A DNA stretch of 64,000 nucleotides, taken from assembly GCA_964643995.1 (NCBI GenBank), contig CAZXUJ010000001.1:69622-133621 (forward strand), given 5' to 3'. Of the stretch, positions 19,745 through 30,257 are shown piece after piece. The translations under genes and the position numbers were made by a program. The first letter of the stretch is position 1; every line of letters begins with the position of its first letter. The DNA is from an uncultured Candidatus Saccharibacteria bacterium. GTDB taxonomy: Bacteria > Patescibacteriota > WWE3 > UBA101185 > UBA10185. The notes beneath the pieces were generated by a model. The model did no database searches and was not told where the DNA came from. It saw only the letters and a program-made list of their open reading frames with translations.

Positions 19745-19757
19745 ATTGACAAGGGCC

Positions 19758-19786
19758 TATATATTATTCTAGAGCCTAAAAGTCAA
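19758..19786 (-). promoter_or_regulatory. Candidate sigma70-like promoter for the giant-protein/ABC operon
   Basis: On the minus strand: TTGACT - 17 nt - TATATA, 13 nt upstream of the annotated ATG. This favours the downstream M5 start. Confidence 0.3.
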
Positions 19787-19871
19787 AATTTGATCATATA
19801 TAAAGTATATTACAAAAAAGAGAATAAATGTATAAAATTACTAGCAAGTTTACTATTGATAGCTATGGTAA

Positions 19872-22070
19872 TTGAGTCTACTATTAACTGAAATGAGCAT
19901 ACGTAAAAAACTCTTTGTCTTTATTTTATTTGTCGGTTTAGTATCAGGGGGTGTAGTTGTAATAGTATCCGAAACTTTTATCAGACTTAATGTGGAAGAG
20001 ATAGAAACAAAGACTGCCGAAGAAAGTGTTTCACAGGTACTCGGGGTTTTAGAAGAAAAGATTAACAGGGTCGATACATTTACAACAGACTATGCCGGAT
20101 GGGATGATACTTATTATTTTATTCAATATCCAAATGAAGAGTACATAGAATCCAATATACTGACTGAAACCTTGGTTACTACTAGGATAGGTTTCATGAT
20201 CTATGTAAACAAATCAGGACAAATCGTAGAGGATAAAACTGTGGATCTAGGATTAGGTATCGGCGTTTTTACCCCCGAAAGTCTTATCGCGGAAGTGGAA
20301 AAGGGGGGGGATTTGATACACCACACAAACACTAATGAAGTTAGAAAAGGGATACTCGCCTTAGCTGATGGAACTCGCGTAATCATATCCTCCAGGCCAA
20401 TCTTGACGAGTGCAAAGGAAGGACCAATAATGGGCACTTTGATCTTTGGCGAATTCCTGGATGACTACACCTTACATGATATTGAAAACAAAACCAAGAG
20501 GAAAGTAACCATACATAGTACAGATTCAACTGACACTAAAGTACAAGACATAATAGGCAAAATCAGTGAAAACAGCTCAACCGTTGTGCTGACTCCTGAC
20601 AATAATACACTGCAAGGGTATGCCCTTATCAAAGATATCTATGGGAACCCAACAATGCTCTTACAAGTTGAGCTACCGAGAGATTATTACGTACAAAGCC
20701 GCAAGCAATCGATTTCATTTATTGTTAGTATAATTGCCATAGGGTTGTTGTCATACTTAGCAGGGATTGTCTACTTTGAAAATTTGGTTCTGAAGCCATT
20801 GAAAAACATTACGAGAGACCTCGCAAAGATAAGAGCAAAAAAAGATTCGGCATTGAGAGTTGAGATGACAGGTTCAAATGAGATGAAAACGCTGGCCACA
20901 CATATAAATGAGATGCTAGAGAGTTTATCAGAATATGAGATCAAGCTGGTAAACATTAACGAAACACTCAAGAAGGAAAACAAGGATATTGAATCAATCG
21001 TAAAGCAAAAAACAGCAGATTTGAAAGAAGAGAGAGCACGGCTATTGTCAACATTTAATTACATCCCAAATGGACTCTGCATTACTAACACTAGACTTGA
21101 AATAGCGCTCACAAACCCGGGAATGTATAAAATCCTAAACCTAAGTGACTCAGAGCACTCACTTACATTTGATAAATTACAATCAGTACTAAAAGATTCC
21201 CTAAATATTAAGGAACTTTGTGATGACTGTCTGGAGTATGGAAAGCCAATTAGTCAAGAGATACGATATCAGGAACGAGTGTTTGACCTTTATATAGCGA
21301 CTATAAAGTCACTAGACAAGGCAGAAAAGTTTGGACTTATAATTTTGCTTACAGATATGACTCAGATTAGACTACATGAAAGAGCTCAGGATGAATTAAT
21401 AAACGTACTTTCCCATGAATTAAGAACACCGCTATCTGTGATAAAAGGATACGTAAGTATGCTGCAAAAAGCACCAATAGTTGATGAGAGTGTCAAAAAG
21501 GAGCTAAGTGGAATAGATGTAGCTAACCAACACCTTATTGAATTGGTAAACAATGTGCTAACGTTGTACAAATTGGAACAAAACAAGCTTATTTTCGATG
21601 AAGAGGAGATTGTAATCGCTAAGTTACTCAATGAAACACTAGAAAACCTCGAACCGGAGCATAAATACAAAGACCTAAAAATAAATCAGACGATACAAGA
21701 TGAAAATATAAAAGTTTTAGCAGATAAAGAAAAACTAAGACTTGTAGTAAGCAATGTGCTATTGAATGCCATTAAATATACCGAACATGGAACAATAGAT
21801 GTTTCTTCTGAGATAGATGGGGATAAGTTAAAAGTTAAGGTAAAAGACACGGGAATTGGTGTAGCAAAAAAGAACCAGGCGATGCTGTTTAAAAAATTTC
21901 AAAGAGCTGGGGATACTATACACGTAAAAGAGAACCTTTCGGAAAAAGGAATGGGACTTTATATTTCTAAGTTGATAATGGAAAAAATGAACGGGGATTT
22001 GTACCTGGAATTTTCGGACCTTGGCGCTGGTAGCATATTCGTATTTACAGTAAGGTTGGTAATTGAGTAA
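19872..22070 (+). CDS. Membrane sensor histidine kinase (extracytoplasmic sensor domain, PAS-like, HisKA, HATPase_c)
   Basis: N-terminal TM and a periplasmic domain of about 250 aa with a second TM. H-box LSHELRTPLSVIKGY. ATPase G-boxes DTGIGV and GMGLYISKLIMEKMNGDL. Confidence 0.85.
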   Translation: MSLLLTEMSIRKKLFVFILFVGLVSGGVVVIVSETFIRLNVEEIETKTAEESVSQVLGVLEEKINRVDTFTTDYAGWDDTYYFIQYPNEEYIESNILTETLVTTRIGFMIYVNKSGQIVEDKTVDLGLGIGVFTPESLIAEVEKGGDLIHHTNTNEVRKGILALADGTRVIISSRPILTSAKEGPIMGTLIFGEFLDDYTLHDIENKTKRKVTIHSTDSTDTKVQDIIGKISENSSTVVLTPDNNTLQGYALIKDIYGNPTMLLQVELPRDYYVQSRKQSISFIVSIIAIGLLSYLAGIVYFENLVLKPLKNITRDLAKIRAKKDSALRVEMTGSNEMKTLATHINEMLESLSEYEIKLVNINETLKKENKDIESIVKQKTADLKEERARLLSTFNYIPNGLCITNTRLEIALTNPGMYKILNLSDSEHSLTFDKLQSVLKDSLNIKELCDDCLEYGKPISQEIRYQERVFDLYIATIKSLDKAEKFGLIILLTDMTQIRLHERAQDELINVLSHELRTPLSVIKGYVSMLQKAPIVDESVKKELSGIDVANQHLIELVNNVLTLYKLEQNKLIFDEEEIVIAKLLNETLENLEPEHKYKDLKINQTIQDENIKVLADKEKLRLVVSNVLLNAIKYTEHGTIDVSSEIDGDKLKVKVKDTGIGVAKKNQAMLFKKFQRAGDTIHVKENLSEKGMGLYISKLIMEKMNGDLYLEFSDLGAGSIFVFTVRLVIE

Positions 22071-22079
22071 AATGGTTAT

Positions 22080-22475
22080 ATGGCAAAAATTTTGATTATT
22101 GAAGATGACCTAGCGGTTGCAGGTATATATCAGGACTTACTAGAAAAAGATGACTACAAGGTTATTGTTTGCAGTAATGGTGCCGACGGCTTAAGTGCTG
22201 CAAGGAGCGAAAAACCAGATCTGATACTTCTGGATGTTATGATGCCAAACATGGACGGCATAGAGGTTCTAAGAAGACTAAAGGCAGATAACGATACTGA
22301 CCTTATACCCGTAATAGTCTTAACGAATGTAGGTGTAGATGAGGTGCAGAACGAAGCACTGAGCTTGGGTGCAGCAAGATATATTGTAAAGACTGATGTA
22401 TCGTACCCACGTTTTGTTGAGCAGATTAAAGATTACGTTACAAAAAGTCCTCCGGAACAAGCAATAAATAACTAA
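22080..22475 (+). CDS. Single-domain response regulator (CheY-like receiver only)
   Basis: 131 aa with KILIIEDD...LILLDVMMPNMDG...VIVLTNVG, a receiver with conserved Asp residues and no output domain. Confidence 0.85.
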   Translation: MAKILIIEDDLAVAGIYQDLLEKDDYKVIVCSNGADGLSAARSEKPDLILLDVMMPNMDGIEVLRRLKADNDTDLIPVIVLTNVGVDEVQNEALSLGAARYIVKTDVSYPRFVEQIKDYVTKSPPEQAINN

Positions 22476-22503
22476 ATCTTTTGTACTGCCCAAAAACAAA
22501 TAT

Positions 22504-23757
22504 ATGAAAAAAAGAAGTCTATCTGAGGAATTAATTGAAAGAGGTTTGATATACCAATTCTCTACTGAAAAGGCTGAAGAAATTCTTGACCATGGAAAAA
22601 GAAAGGGTTATTTGGGCGTTGATCCATCGGCGGATTCTATCCATATTGGAAATCTTGTTACATATGTGTTTGCACAGCATCTAAAAAATCATGGACACGA
22701 AATGATCTTGCTAGTTGGAGGTGCTACAGGTCTGGTAGGAGATCCCTCGTTCAAAGATGAAGAACGAGAAGCGGCAAGCCCCGAAGTGATTGAAGCGCGC
22801 GTTATGAGTATAAAAAAACAAATCTCTAGCATATATGGCCTAGACAAAATGAAAATCGTTAACAACTATGACTGGTTTAAAGATATGGATACTATGACAT
22901 TTTTGAGGGAAGTTGGTAAGCACTTCAATGTTGGAACAATGATAAAAAGAGACTCAGTAAAGAAACGCATCGAAGGAGAAAATGGAATGTCCTATGCAGA
23001 GTTTTCTTACTCACTTATTCAAGGATATGACTATTACTACCTGCATGTTAATGAAGGCTGTGATTTACAAGTTGGTGGATCTGATCAATGGGGAAACATA
23101 ATCTCCGGAGTCGATTTCATAAGACGTAAAACTGGAAACGCAACATATGCGATGACCTTACCATTGATAATGGACAAGGCTACAGGTAAAAAATTTGGCA
23201 AGAGCGAAGGCAATGCTGTTTGGTTGGATCCTACAAAAACATCACCTTATGCCTTCTATCAGTTTTGGCTTAATACAGATGATCTTAGCGTTGTTGATTA
23301 TTTAAAAAAGTTCACATTTTTGACATTAGAAAAGATCGAAGATATAGAAACAGCGCACATGAAAGATCCTGGAAAAAGATTAGCTCAAAGGACACTTGCC
23401 GATGAAGTTACGACATTCGTGCATGGACCGGATATAACATCGAGCGTCAGAGAAGTTTCTGAAATACTGTTTTATGGTGGAAATTTAGATAAGCTTTCTA
23501 CCAATGCAAAAACAATACTATTAAGGGAAGCTCCAATTTATAAACCGGGTAAAAATGAGAATGTTGTAGATATACTAGTTTCTTCAGGCTTAGCAACAAG
23601 CAAAAGGGAAGCAAGAGAATTTATTCAAAATAAAGCAGTTTGTATTAATGATTTAAACATTAACGATTTAGAAATGAGCTTAGATAAACTAGACTTAAAA
23701 GGATTGGCCATATTAAGAAGAGGTAAAAAAAATCTGTGTGTATTGAATCTAGAGTAA
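22504..23757 (+). CDS. tyrS: Tyrosyl-tRNA synthetase
   Basis: HIGH motif GVDPSADSIHIGNLV, KMSKS-equivalent KFGKSEGN, and a C-terminal S4-like domain. Confidence 0.93.
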   Translation: MKKRSLSEELIERGLIYQFSTEKAEEILDHGKRKGYLGVDPSADSIHIGNLVTYVFAQHLKNHGHEMILLVGGATGLVGDPSFKDEEREAASPEVIEARVMSIKKQISSIYGLDKMKIVNNYDWFKDMDTMTFLREVGKHFNVGTMIKRDSVKKRIEGENGMSYAEFSYSLIQGYDYYYLHVNEGCDLQVGGSDQWGNIISGVDFIRRKTGNATYAMTLPLIMDKATGKKFGKSEGNAVWLDPTKTSPYAFYQFWLNTDDLSVVDYLKKFTFLTLEKIEDIETAHMKDPGKRLAQRTLADEVTTFVHGPDITSSVREVSEILFYGGNLDKLSTNAKTILLREAPIYKPGKNENVVDILVSSGLATSKREAREFIQNKAVCINDLNINDLEMSLDKLDLKGLAILRRGKKNLCVLNLE

Positions 23758-23758
23758 G

Positions 23759-24832
23759 ATGAACATTTTCAATAAAAGAAAAACTGTCCTTTATATTACG
23801 AACAACACATTGGAAGGTGGTAATGTAATATTCTCGAAAGAACCTATTCTCACTGACTACACAAGCATAACTTGGTCAGATGACGGATTAAACAATTCGT
23901 TAAAACTGCTATCAACGAAAGTGAGGGCAAAAAAAGTAATTTTGACCCTGGGAGAAGGTTTCATCAGCATTGTTAACATAACCCTACCTAACAATCTGCA
24001 ATTAACTGAGGAAAGAGAATACATTTTGCAAGAAATTAAAAAGGTATCACCAGATACGGCAGAAAGTGGAAATTGGAAATTTAAGACAATAGCCTATCAC
24101 ACGGACAAGAAGGAAGTTCTTGCATATTCACCTATAATTGAGAAGTTCCAAATGCTAACTAGTGCATTACAATCCATTAGATGTGCGGTTGAATGTATTG
24201 AGCCAGACATAATTGCCAAAGCAAGGCACCAAAATGCATTAATAGGAGCTGCAATTGAAGCAAAAGATGAAAAAACAGGAACTAATGAGCCTTTGATTCA
24301 CCTTACTAAAAATGTTGCATTAGACATACAAAAGGTAAATAAGATATCAAATAAATGGGTTGCCATCAGCTTTGTAGTATTAATGCTTGGCATAGGAATG
24401 TGGATAATTACCCAAAACACTAACTCAAACGAAAGTACAAACGAATCACAGGAAGTGCCCGTGGAAGTAATGAAAACAAATGAGACAACAGAATCCACTG
24501 GAACACCAGCAAAGATACAGAAAGAAATGTTCAATCCGGAAAATTATTCAATCCAAATTCTTAATGGAACAGGCATAGAAGGATTAGCCGCAAAAACATC
24601 CGGGGAATTCAAAAACATAGGCTTTGCTGATATAGAAATCGGAAATGCAGCTTCGGCTGATGTATTGATTACACAAATATACTTTAAAGCAGAGCCCGAT
24701 ATAACTGAATTAAAAATTATTGTACTGGACACATTGGGACTGCATGAAGGAAATATTCAAAATAAAAGTGAAGAAAACGGTGAATTTGACGTGAAAATAG
24801 TGTTGGGACAAGACTTTGTTAATGTAAAATAA
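23759..24832 (+). CDS. Membrane protein with a C-terminal LytR_C (LytR/CpsA/Psr C-terminal) domain
   Basis: A cytoplasmic N-terminal domain of about 200 aa (weakly PilM/actin-like), one TM (WVAISFVVLMLGIGMWIIT), and the C-terminal block IQILNGTGIEGLAAKTSGEFKNIGFADIEIGNAASADVLITQIYF typical of LytR_C. Confidence 0.55.
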   Translation: MNIFNKRKTVLYITNNTLEGGNVIFSKEPILTDYTSITWSDDGLNNSLKLLSTKVRAKKVILTLGEGFISIVNITLPNNLQLTEEREYILQEIKKVSPDTAESGNWKFKTIAYHTDKKEVLAYSPIIEKFQMLTSALQSIRCAVECIEPDIIAKARHQNALIGAAIEAKDEKTGTNEPLIHLTKNVALDIQKVNKISNKWVAISFVVLMLGIGMWIITQNTNSNESTNESQEVPVEVMKTNETTESTGTPAKIQKEMFNPENYSIQILNGTGIEGLAAKTSGEFKNIGFADIEIGNAASADVLITQIYFKAEPDITELKIIVLDTLGLHEGNIQNKSEENGEFDVKIVLGQDFVNVK

Positions 24833-24944
24833 TAATTGTATTATAATTATCCTATGGATGAACTGCACAGCATGCTACCCTCAAATTGGGAAATGTTATC
24901 AGCCGAAAAAAAAAGAACTAGCAGGGCAGGTTACAAAGTAACTT

Positions 24945-25205
24945 ATGGCAATACCAAAATACAAAAAACATTATGAAGAAATGATTGAATATAATGAAGA
25001 GGTTTTTCGAGCCCTTAAAGAGCTTGATCGAAAATCGCAGGAGTTTAAAGAGATACAACGTAAGGCGGTCAGAATAGTGCATCAATATGAAAATGCACTG
25101 TGTAATCGTACTGAGTCCACAAAGTTTAGTAAATTTTCTGCGGGATTATCGGACAAGTTTATGGAAGAAGTACGACGCGATTATCCAGAGATAGATTACA
25201 CTTAA
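24945..25205 (+). CDS. Hypothetical small charged protein
   Basis: 86-aa ORF, co-directional and 2 nt from the next gene. No motif. Confidence 0.35.
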   Translation: MAIPKYKKHYEEMIEYNEEVFRALKELDRKSQEFKEIQRKAVRIVHQYENALCNRTESTKFSKFSAGLSDKFMEEVRRDYPEIDYT

Positions 25206-25206
25206 A

Positions 25207-26073
25207 GTGTTTTTAAACATACTTAACACATGGGAATTCAACTTAGTGGCTTATCTTTTTTTTGTGGTGCTTTTCTTTCAGTGCTACAAATTAGCAGTAA
25301 AAAGAGCTAAAAGAGATGGAGCAGCTACAATACTTTTACAAGCTATTGCTGGCGGCAGCATTCTTTTGCTAGCACCATTCTTCGACATGTCATTAGCGAA
25401 AGAATCCAAGTATTGGATTTTACTCTTTGTTGCATGCCTTTTTTATGCCCTAAACGATCGGTTACAAACTACAGCAAGAAAACATCTTCCTGTTTCGACA
25501 TATTCGATAATAAATCAATTGACAACAGTTTTTTTAATTTTTATAGGACTAACTATTTTTGGCGAACCTGTAGTTCCTATAAAAATTGCTGGAACAGTGC
25601 TAATTCTCATAGCAAATCTGCTTTTAGTTTATAAAAAAGGTGGTTTGAAAGTTGACCGCAATGTAGTCATATCAATTCTTGCCATACTGTTTTTTTCGAT
25701 TGCAATTTCGGTTGACATAGGTATATCCCAACAGTTTAACTTACCTTTCTACATAATGCTTACCCTTGTGATTCCAGCAATAATGATATGGTTTGCCGAA
25801 AAAATTCCGACAAAAGAAATCTCCGAAGAATACAACTCTCCAGCTAAAAAATACTATATTGTCACTGGAGTTGCTTGGGGGCTTGCAATACTGTTTTCAC
25901 TGAGAGCTTACCAATTTGGAAATGTTACTACAGTTGTACCTTTGCAAGCTACAGCCGTAGTTCTAAATGTCTTAGCGGCATACATACTGCAAAATGAACG
26001 TGAGGATAGGGTTAAGAAAATTGTTGCGGCGTGTTTAGTAGTTTTAGGCGTATATTTTACGGTAAGCTCTTAA
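25207..26073 (+). CDS. DMT-superfamily (EamA-like) permease
   Basis: 288 aa with about 10 TM helices arranged as two 5-TM halves. Confidence 0.55.
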   Translation: MFLNILNTWEFNLVAYLFFVVLFFQCYKLAVKRAKRDGAATILLQAIAGGSILLLAPFFDMSLAKESKYWILLFVACLFYALNDRLQTTARKHLPVSTYSIINQLTTVFLIFIGLTIFGEPVVPIKIAGTVLILIANLLLVYKKGGLKVDRNVVISILAILFFSIAISVDIGISQQFNLPFYIMLTLVIPAIMIWFAEKIPTKEISEEYNSPAKKYYIVTGVAWGLAILFSLRAYQFGNVTTVVPLQATAVVLNVLAAYILQNEREDRVKKIVAACLVVLGVYFTVSS

Positions 26074-27484
26074 TCAACTTTCTCAACTCCTTGCGAAGTT
26101 CTTCAGTAGTAGCCGTATCCACCATTGATAAAAGTCTATCAAGCTTTTCATCAAAACCGGACAAGCTTAGTTCCAGGCTTTTAGTGATGAATATTTTTTT
26201 ATCTTCAGTCTTTAGTAGGCTCTTTTTTTCTTGCGTTGTGAAAAGTTGCTCACGTAGTTTTTCACCCGGCCTTATACCCGTATAAATAATATCCATGTCA
26301 TGCCCCGGAATATAGCCGGAGAGTCGTATTAAGTTTTGCGCTAAATCCAAGATTTTGACTGGACTACCCATATCCAAAACAAATAGTTCTCCCCCATCCC
26401 CTATCGATGCCGCCTTAAGAATCAGCTGTGAGGCTTCTGGTATAGTCATAAAGTACCGAGTCATTCTTTTATCAGTAATAGTCACAGGGCCACCAGATTC
26501 TATTTGCCTCCTAAAGGTTGGAATAACCGACCCGAAGCTATCTAATACATTTCCAAACCTGACCGTCATTATTTTAGTGCCTTTTTTATCGTTATTAATT
26601 TTAGCGATACCCTCTGTGAGTAATTTTGTAGCTCCCATAACCGATTTTGGACGTGCAGCCTTATCAGTGGAAACAACTATAAAACGTTCAGTTTTTGAAT
26701 TTACTGCAGCATTAACTACATTTCTAGTACCTAGCACATTATTTTTTAATGCCTCGGAAATGTTTTCTTCCATCAACGGTACATGTTTGTATGCGGCCGC
26801 ATGAAAAACATAGGTTGGTTCAAATTCCCTAAATACATTTTTGACCTTTTTTTTATCTCGAATGTTAGCTATAACAAAATTTAGGTGCACTTTTGGAAAA
26901 TCATTTTTCAACTCATTGCCAAGATCAAACAATCCGTTTTCCCAGCAATCAAGTAAAATCAATTCATCCGGAGAGTAAGCAGCAATTTGCCTAGAAAGCT
27001 CTGAACCAATAGAACCTGCGGCACCTGTCACCAAAACTTTTTTGCCTTTAAAAAAATTAACTAAATCCGATACATCTGACCTGATTACGGGACGTCCAAG
27101 AAGGTCTTCGACCTGAACCTTGCGCAAAGTTGAAACACGTGCCTTTCCTTCTATGATTTCTCTAACACGAGGTACTATTTTTACATCAAGTTTCAAGTCG
27201 GAACAAATTTTCAAATAATTTGCAATGCGGTCACCTTCCGCAGACGGGATAGCAATAATTACTAAATCAATTTTTCTTTTTTTGGCTAGATATGGTAAGT
27301 CGTTCTTAGCACCTAGCACCTTTTTTGAACCTACGGAAACACCAATTTTATGTTTATCGTCATCGATAAATCCCAAAACATTTAACCCAAGATCAGGGTG
27401 GGACTCAAGCTCATTTAGTACATCTGTACCAGCGGCACCGGCACCAATTATCACAACATTTTTAATTTTCGATTTTATATTCAT
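26057..27484 (-). CDS. Polysaccharide biosynthesis protein of the CapD/PglF/WbpM family (UDP-sugar 4,6-dehydratase), soluble form
   Basis: N-terminal Rossmann VVIIGAGAAGTDVLNEL...GFIDDD, second Rossmann VLVTGAAGSIGSEL, and catalytic FHAAAYKHVPLME (YxxxK). Confidence 0.8.
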   Translation of the reverse strand: MNIKSKIKNVVIIGAGAAGTDVLNELESHPDLGLNVLGFIDDDKHKIGVSVGSKKVLGAKNDLPYLAKKRKIDLVIIAIPSAEGDRIANYLKICSDLKLDVKIVPRVREIIEGKARVSTLRKVQVEDLLGRPVIRSDVSDLVNFFKGKKVLVTGAAGSIGSELSRQIAAYSPDELILLDCWENGLFDLGNELKNDFPKVHLNFVIANIRDKKKVKNVFREFEPTYVFHAAAYKHVPLMEENISEALKNNVLGTRNVVNAAVNSKTERFIVVSTDKAARPKSVMGATKLLTEGIAKINNDKKGTKIMTVRFGNVLDSFGSVIPTFRRQIESGGPVTITDKRMTRYFMTIPEASQLILKAASIGDGGELFVLDMGSPVKILDLAQNLIRLSGYIPGHDMDIIYTGIRPGEKLREQLFTTQEKKSLLKTEDKKIFITKSLELSLSGFDEKLDRLLSMVDTATTEELRKELRKLIKSLP

Positions 27485-28335
27485 AAAGTACTGACCAATT
27501 TCTCTAGACCTTCTTCAAAAGTAACCGATGGAGACCATGCTAAGACCTTATTGGCGAGTAAATTATTACCACGTCTATATCCTCCCCCATCAACATTTGG
27601 ATCAAATTTAATTTTAGCTCGTGTTTTGAGTAATGCTTCTATTTTGTTAGTTAGCTCTAAAATACTTACCTCAGTTCCTGAGCAAATGTTTACAGTACAT
27701 AAGTTTTCGGGAAAATTGAAATCTGCGGCTAGCTCTAGGGCTCTAACAACGTCATCAATATAGACATAGTCTCTTGTCTGACTGCCATCACCATGAATGG
27801 TCAAGTCGGTGCCATTTTTTATACGATCCAAAATAATTGAAACTATTGAGGTAGATTTGTTTGGACTAGGGCCGTATATGTTAGTAAGTCGTAATATAGT
27901 TGCCCTGATATTGTGTGCGAAGGCGTAAAAAGACACAACCTCTTCCGCCATGAGTTTTGACAACCCGTATAAGCTACGAGGCCCTTTTTCATAGGATTCA
28001 TCTATTAACTCCTTATTGTGAGATGCTTTGTATACTTCAAAACTAGACGCCAAAACGAATTTGCATAGCGGATTGGTTTGCACAATTGCTGAAAGTAAAT
28101 TAGCAGTGCCTATGACATTAACATGTAACACATTGGGGTCATTCGGTTTGATAACACTGGCTAAATGTAAAACAACATCACAGTCCTTAACGAAATCAAC
28201 TAGAGTCGATGGATCTAGGAGAGATTGTATTTTTTGATCAAAAAATTTAAGTTCTAAACCCTTGTTGCTGCTTAGTTTTTTTGATAATACACCACCTACA
28301 TAACCTGAGTGACCTGTGATTCCTATAGTTTTCAT
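27481..28335 (-). CDS. NAD-dependent sugar epimerase/dehydratase (SDR extended family)
   Basis: GITGHSGYVGGVL Rossmann motif and YGLSKLMAEE (YxxxK). Confidence 0.8.
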   Translation of the reverse strand: MKTIGITGHSGYVGGVLSKKLSSNKGLELKFFDQKIQSLLDPSTLVDFVKDCDVVLHLASVIKPNDPNVLHVNVIGTANLLSAIVQTNPLCKFVLASSFEVYKASHNKELIDESYEKGPRSLYGLSKLMAEEVVSFYAFAHNIRATILRLTNIYGPSPNKSTSIVSIILDRIKNGTDLTIHGDGSQTRDYVYIDDVVRALELAADFNFPENLCTVNICSGTEVSILELTNKIEALLKTRAKIKFDPNVDGGGYRRGNNLLANKVLAWSPSVTFEEGLEKLVSTL

Positions 28336-28393
28336 AGATACAACAATTATATATTTGATGTGACATATTAGAAAGCGTAAGATTAACCAATAT

Positions 28394-29179
28394 ATGCGAA
28401 AATTTAAGTCTAAAAAGAAGAATTTTGTTTACTTTATTTATAGAATAATTTCCCCAATATTTAATCCAATAAATTTTTATACCGGCACTGTTGGATATGT
28501 TTGGTACTTACGTGATGCCATTAAATACAATAAATTAAGCAGTAATAGCGAAAATAAAATAAAACTTAACACAAACCTGCATCCAATACTTTATGAAAAA
28601 GTTTCATTTACGCCTTTTGATGCACACTATTTTCATCAGCAGTTATGGCTCTTTGAAAAACTTCTTGCGAGAAAACCTAAATCTCATGTAGATATTGGAT
28701 CAACATACGAAATGAGCGGATACATTTCAAAAATATTACCAGCCAAATTTGTCGACATTAGACCAATAGATGTAAATCTTAAGAACCTTGAGGCACTAAA
28801 AGGTGACATCCTAGATTTACCGTTTGAGAACGAATCTGTAGAGTCTGTATCATCACTTAATGTTATCGAGCATATTGGATTAGGGCGATATGGAGACCCA
28901 ATTGATCCTGAAGGAATTAAAAAGGCATGCACTGAACTCCAAAGAGTTTTGGCAAAAAATGGTACCTTATACATCTCAACTCCGATTGGCAAAGAAAAGC
29001 TATGCTTTAATGCCCACAGAATTAGTGATCCTAAAAAGATAATTTCATATTTTCCAGAACTAGAATTGGTGGAGTTTACAGCCATAGATGACGAGGGAAA
29101 ACTTAATGAGAAGGTAACCCCAGAAGACTACCGAAACATGGACTTTTCATGTGGATTTTTTGAATTCACTAGAAGATAG
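28394..29179 (+). CDS. Class I SAM-dependent methyltransferase (Methyltransf_11/DUF268-like)
   Basis: VDIGSTYEMSGY (motif I-like), DILDLPFENESVESV, VIEHIG, AKNGTLYIS. Confidence 0.6.
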   Translation: MRKFKSKKKNFVYFIYRIISPIFNPINFYTGTVGYVWYLRDAIKYNKLSSNSENKIKLNTNLHPILYEKVSFTPFDAHYFHQQLWLFEKLLARKPKSHVDIGSTYEMSGYISKILPAKFVDIRPIDVNLKNLEALKGDILDLPFENESVESVSSLNVIEHIGLGRYGDPIDPEGIKKACTELQRVLAKNGTLYISTPIGKEKLCFNAHRISDPKKIISYFPELELVEFTAIDDEGKLNEKVTPEDYRNMDFSCGFFEFTRR

Positions 29180-30257
29180 TATGAACACATCAAATAACCC
29201 AATAATTTCCGTTGCAGTTACTGCATATAAAAGACCTAAATATACTGAGGATGCAATTAAATCCTTTCTCAATCAAGACTTCAATGACGCAGAAATGCTG
29301 ATACTAGATGACTGTGTGGAAGACTCAAGTGTGAAAGAAATTGTCGAACGGTATGCGGCAAGAGATTCAAGAGTAAGATTGATAAAAAATGAACAGAGAC
29401 TTGGTTATTGTAAAAACTTTTTAAAGTCGTTAACTGAGGCAAAGGGGAAGTTTATTGTCACGTTAGGAGATGATGACATTCTTTTGGACAAAAACGCGCT
29501 AGCTACATACGTACATGTATTCCAAGAACACCCAGATGTTAGTTACATATACTCCAACATGGTTCAGATCAATGAGAATCTAGAAATCGATTATATATTC
29601 GAGTTGTTCGACAAAGACTACTACTGCAAGAATCTTAATGAATCCTTAACAAAAACTTGGCTTAGATCTTGCTTCATTGCAGGAATCGGACTAAGAAATA
29701 ATGTGGACTTTGAGAAGTTGTATCCAAAAGATGATATCTTGTTTCCACAAGTGGAGCTTATAGGTAAAATCTTGGGAAATAGTTCCTCATATGCAATTTC
29801 AAGCAGACTCATCGGAGCACGTGCACATCTGGCACAGCTTGGAAATGTAGCACTTAAGGGCAAAAATATTAAAGGCACTGAAAGGCACTCTGTATACGAG
29901 TTAAATATGGTTTTTGATAGAGTTCAAGATTATTTCAAACAAAATCTTGACATAAAGGACCAGATAGATAGGAGCTTTATCAACTCGTTTTTCGAGACGA
30001 ACCATAAAGCTATTTTTGCAAATGAAAAAATTAGTAATGGAAATGTGCAAATACTCAAAACGTTTATGCAAGCAATCAAAAACAACCCGATGGCACTAGT
30101 CAATATCAACTTCACAGGATACTTTTTAGCTGCATTTCTGCTTCCAAAGAAATTACTATTCAAGATAAAGGAAAAGTATAAAAAGAACAGTTTACAGCAA
30201 TATGGAGATTTACTAGTAACATATAATAAAATGATTCAAGAAATAAAAAATGTATAA
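29151..30257 (+). CDS. Glycosyltransferase family 2
   Basis: ISVAVTAYKRPKYTEDAIKSFLNQDF...LILDD...GYCKN (GT-A DxD-type). Confidence 0.8.
   Translation: MDFLNSLEDSMNTSNNPIISVAVTAYKRPKYTEDAIKSFLNQDFNDAEMLILDDCVEDSSVKEIVERYAARDSRVRLIKNEQRLGYCKNFLKSLTEAKGKFIVTLGDDDILLDKNALATYVHVFQEHPDVSYIYSNMVQINENLEIDYIFELFDKDYYCKNLNESLTKTWLRSCFIAGIGLRNNVDFEKLYPKDDILFPQVELIGKILGNSSSYAISSRLIGARAHLAQLGNVALKGKNIKGTERHSVYELNMVFDRVQDYFKQNLDIKDQIDRSFINSFFETNHKAIFANEKISNGNVQILKTFMQAIKNNPMALVNINFTGYFLAAFLLPKKLLFKIKEKYKKNSLQQYGDLLVTYNKMIQEIKNV

Noticed and set aside
22476-22503. T-box or other leader upstream of tyrS (and upstream of leuS at 1-39)
   Set aside because: The intergenic spaces (28 nt and 39 nt) are too short for a T-box riboswitch, and no specifier/antiterminator structure is present.
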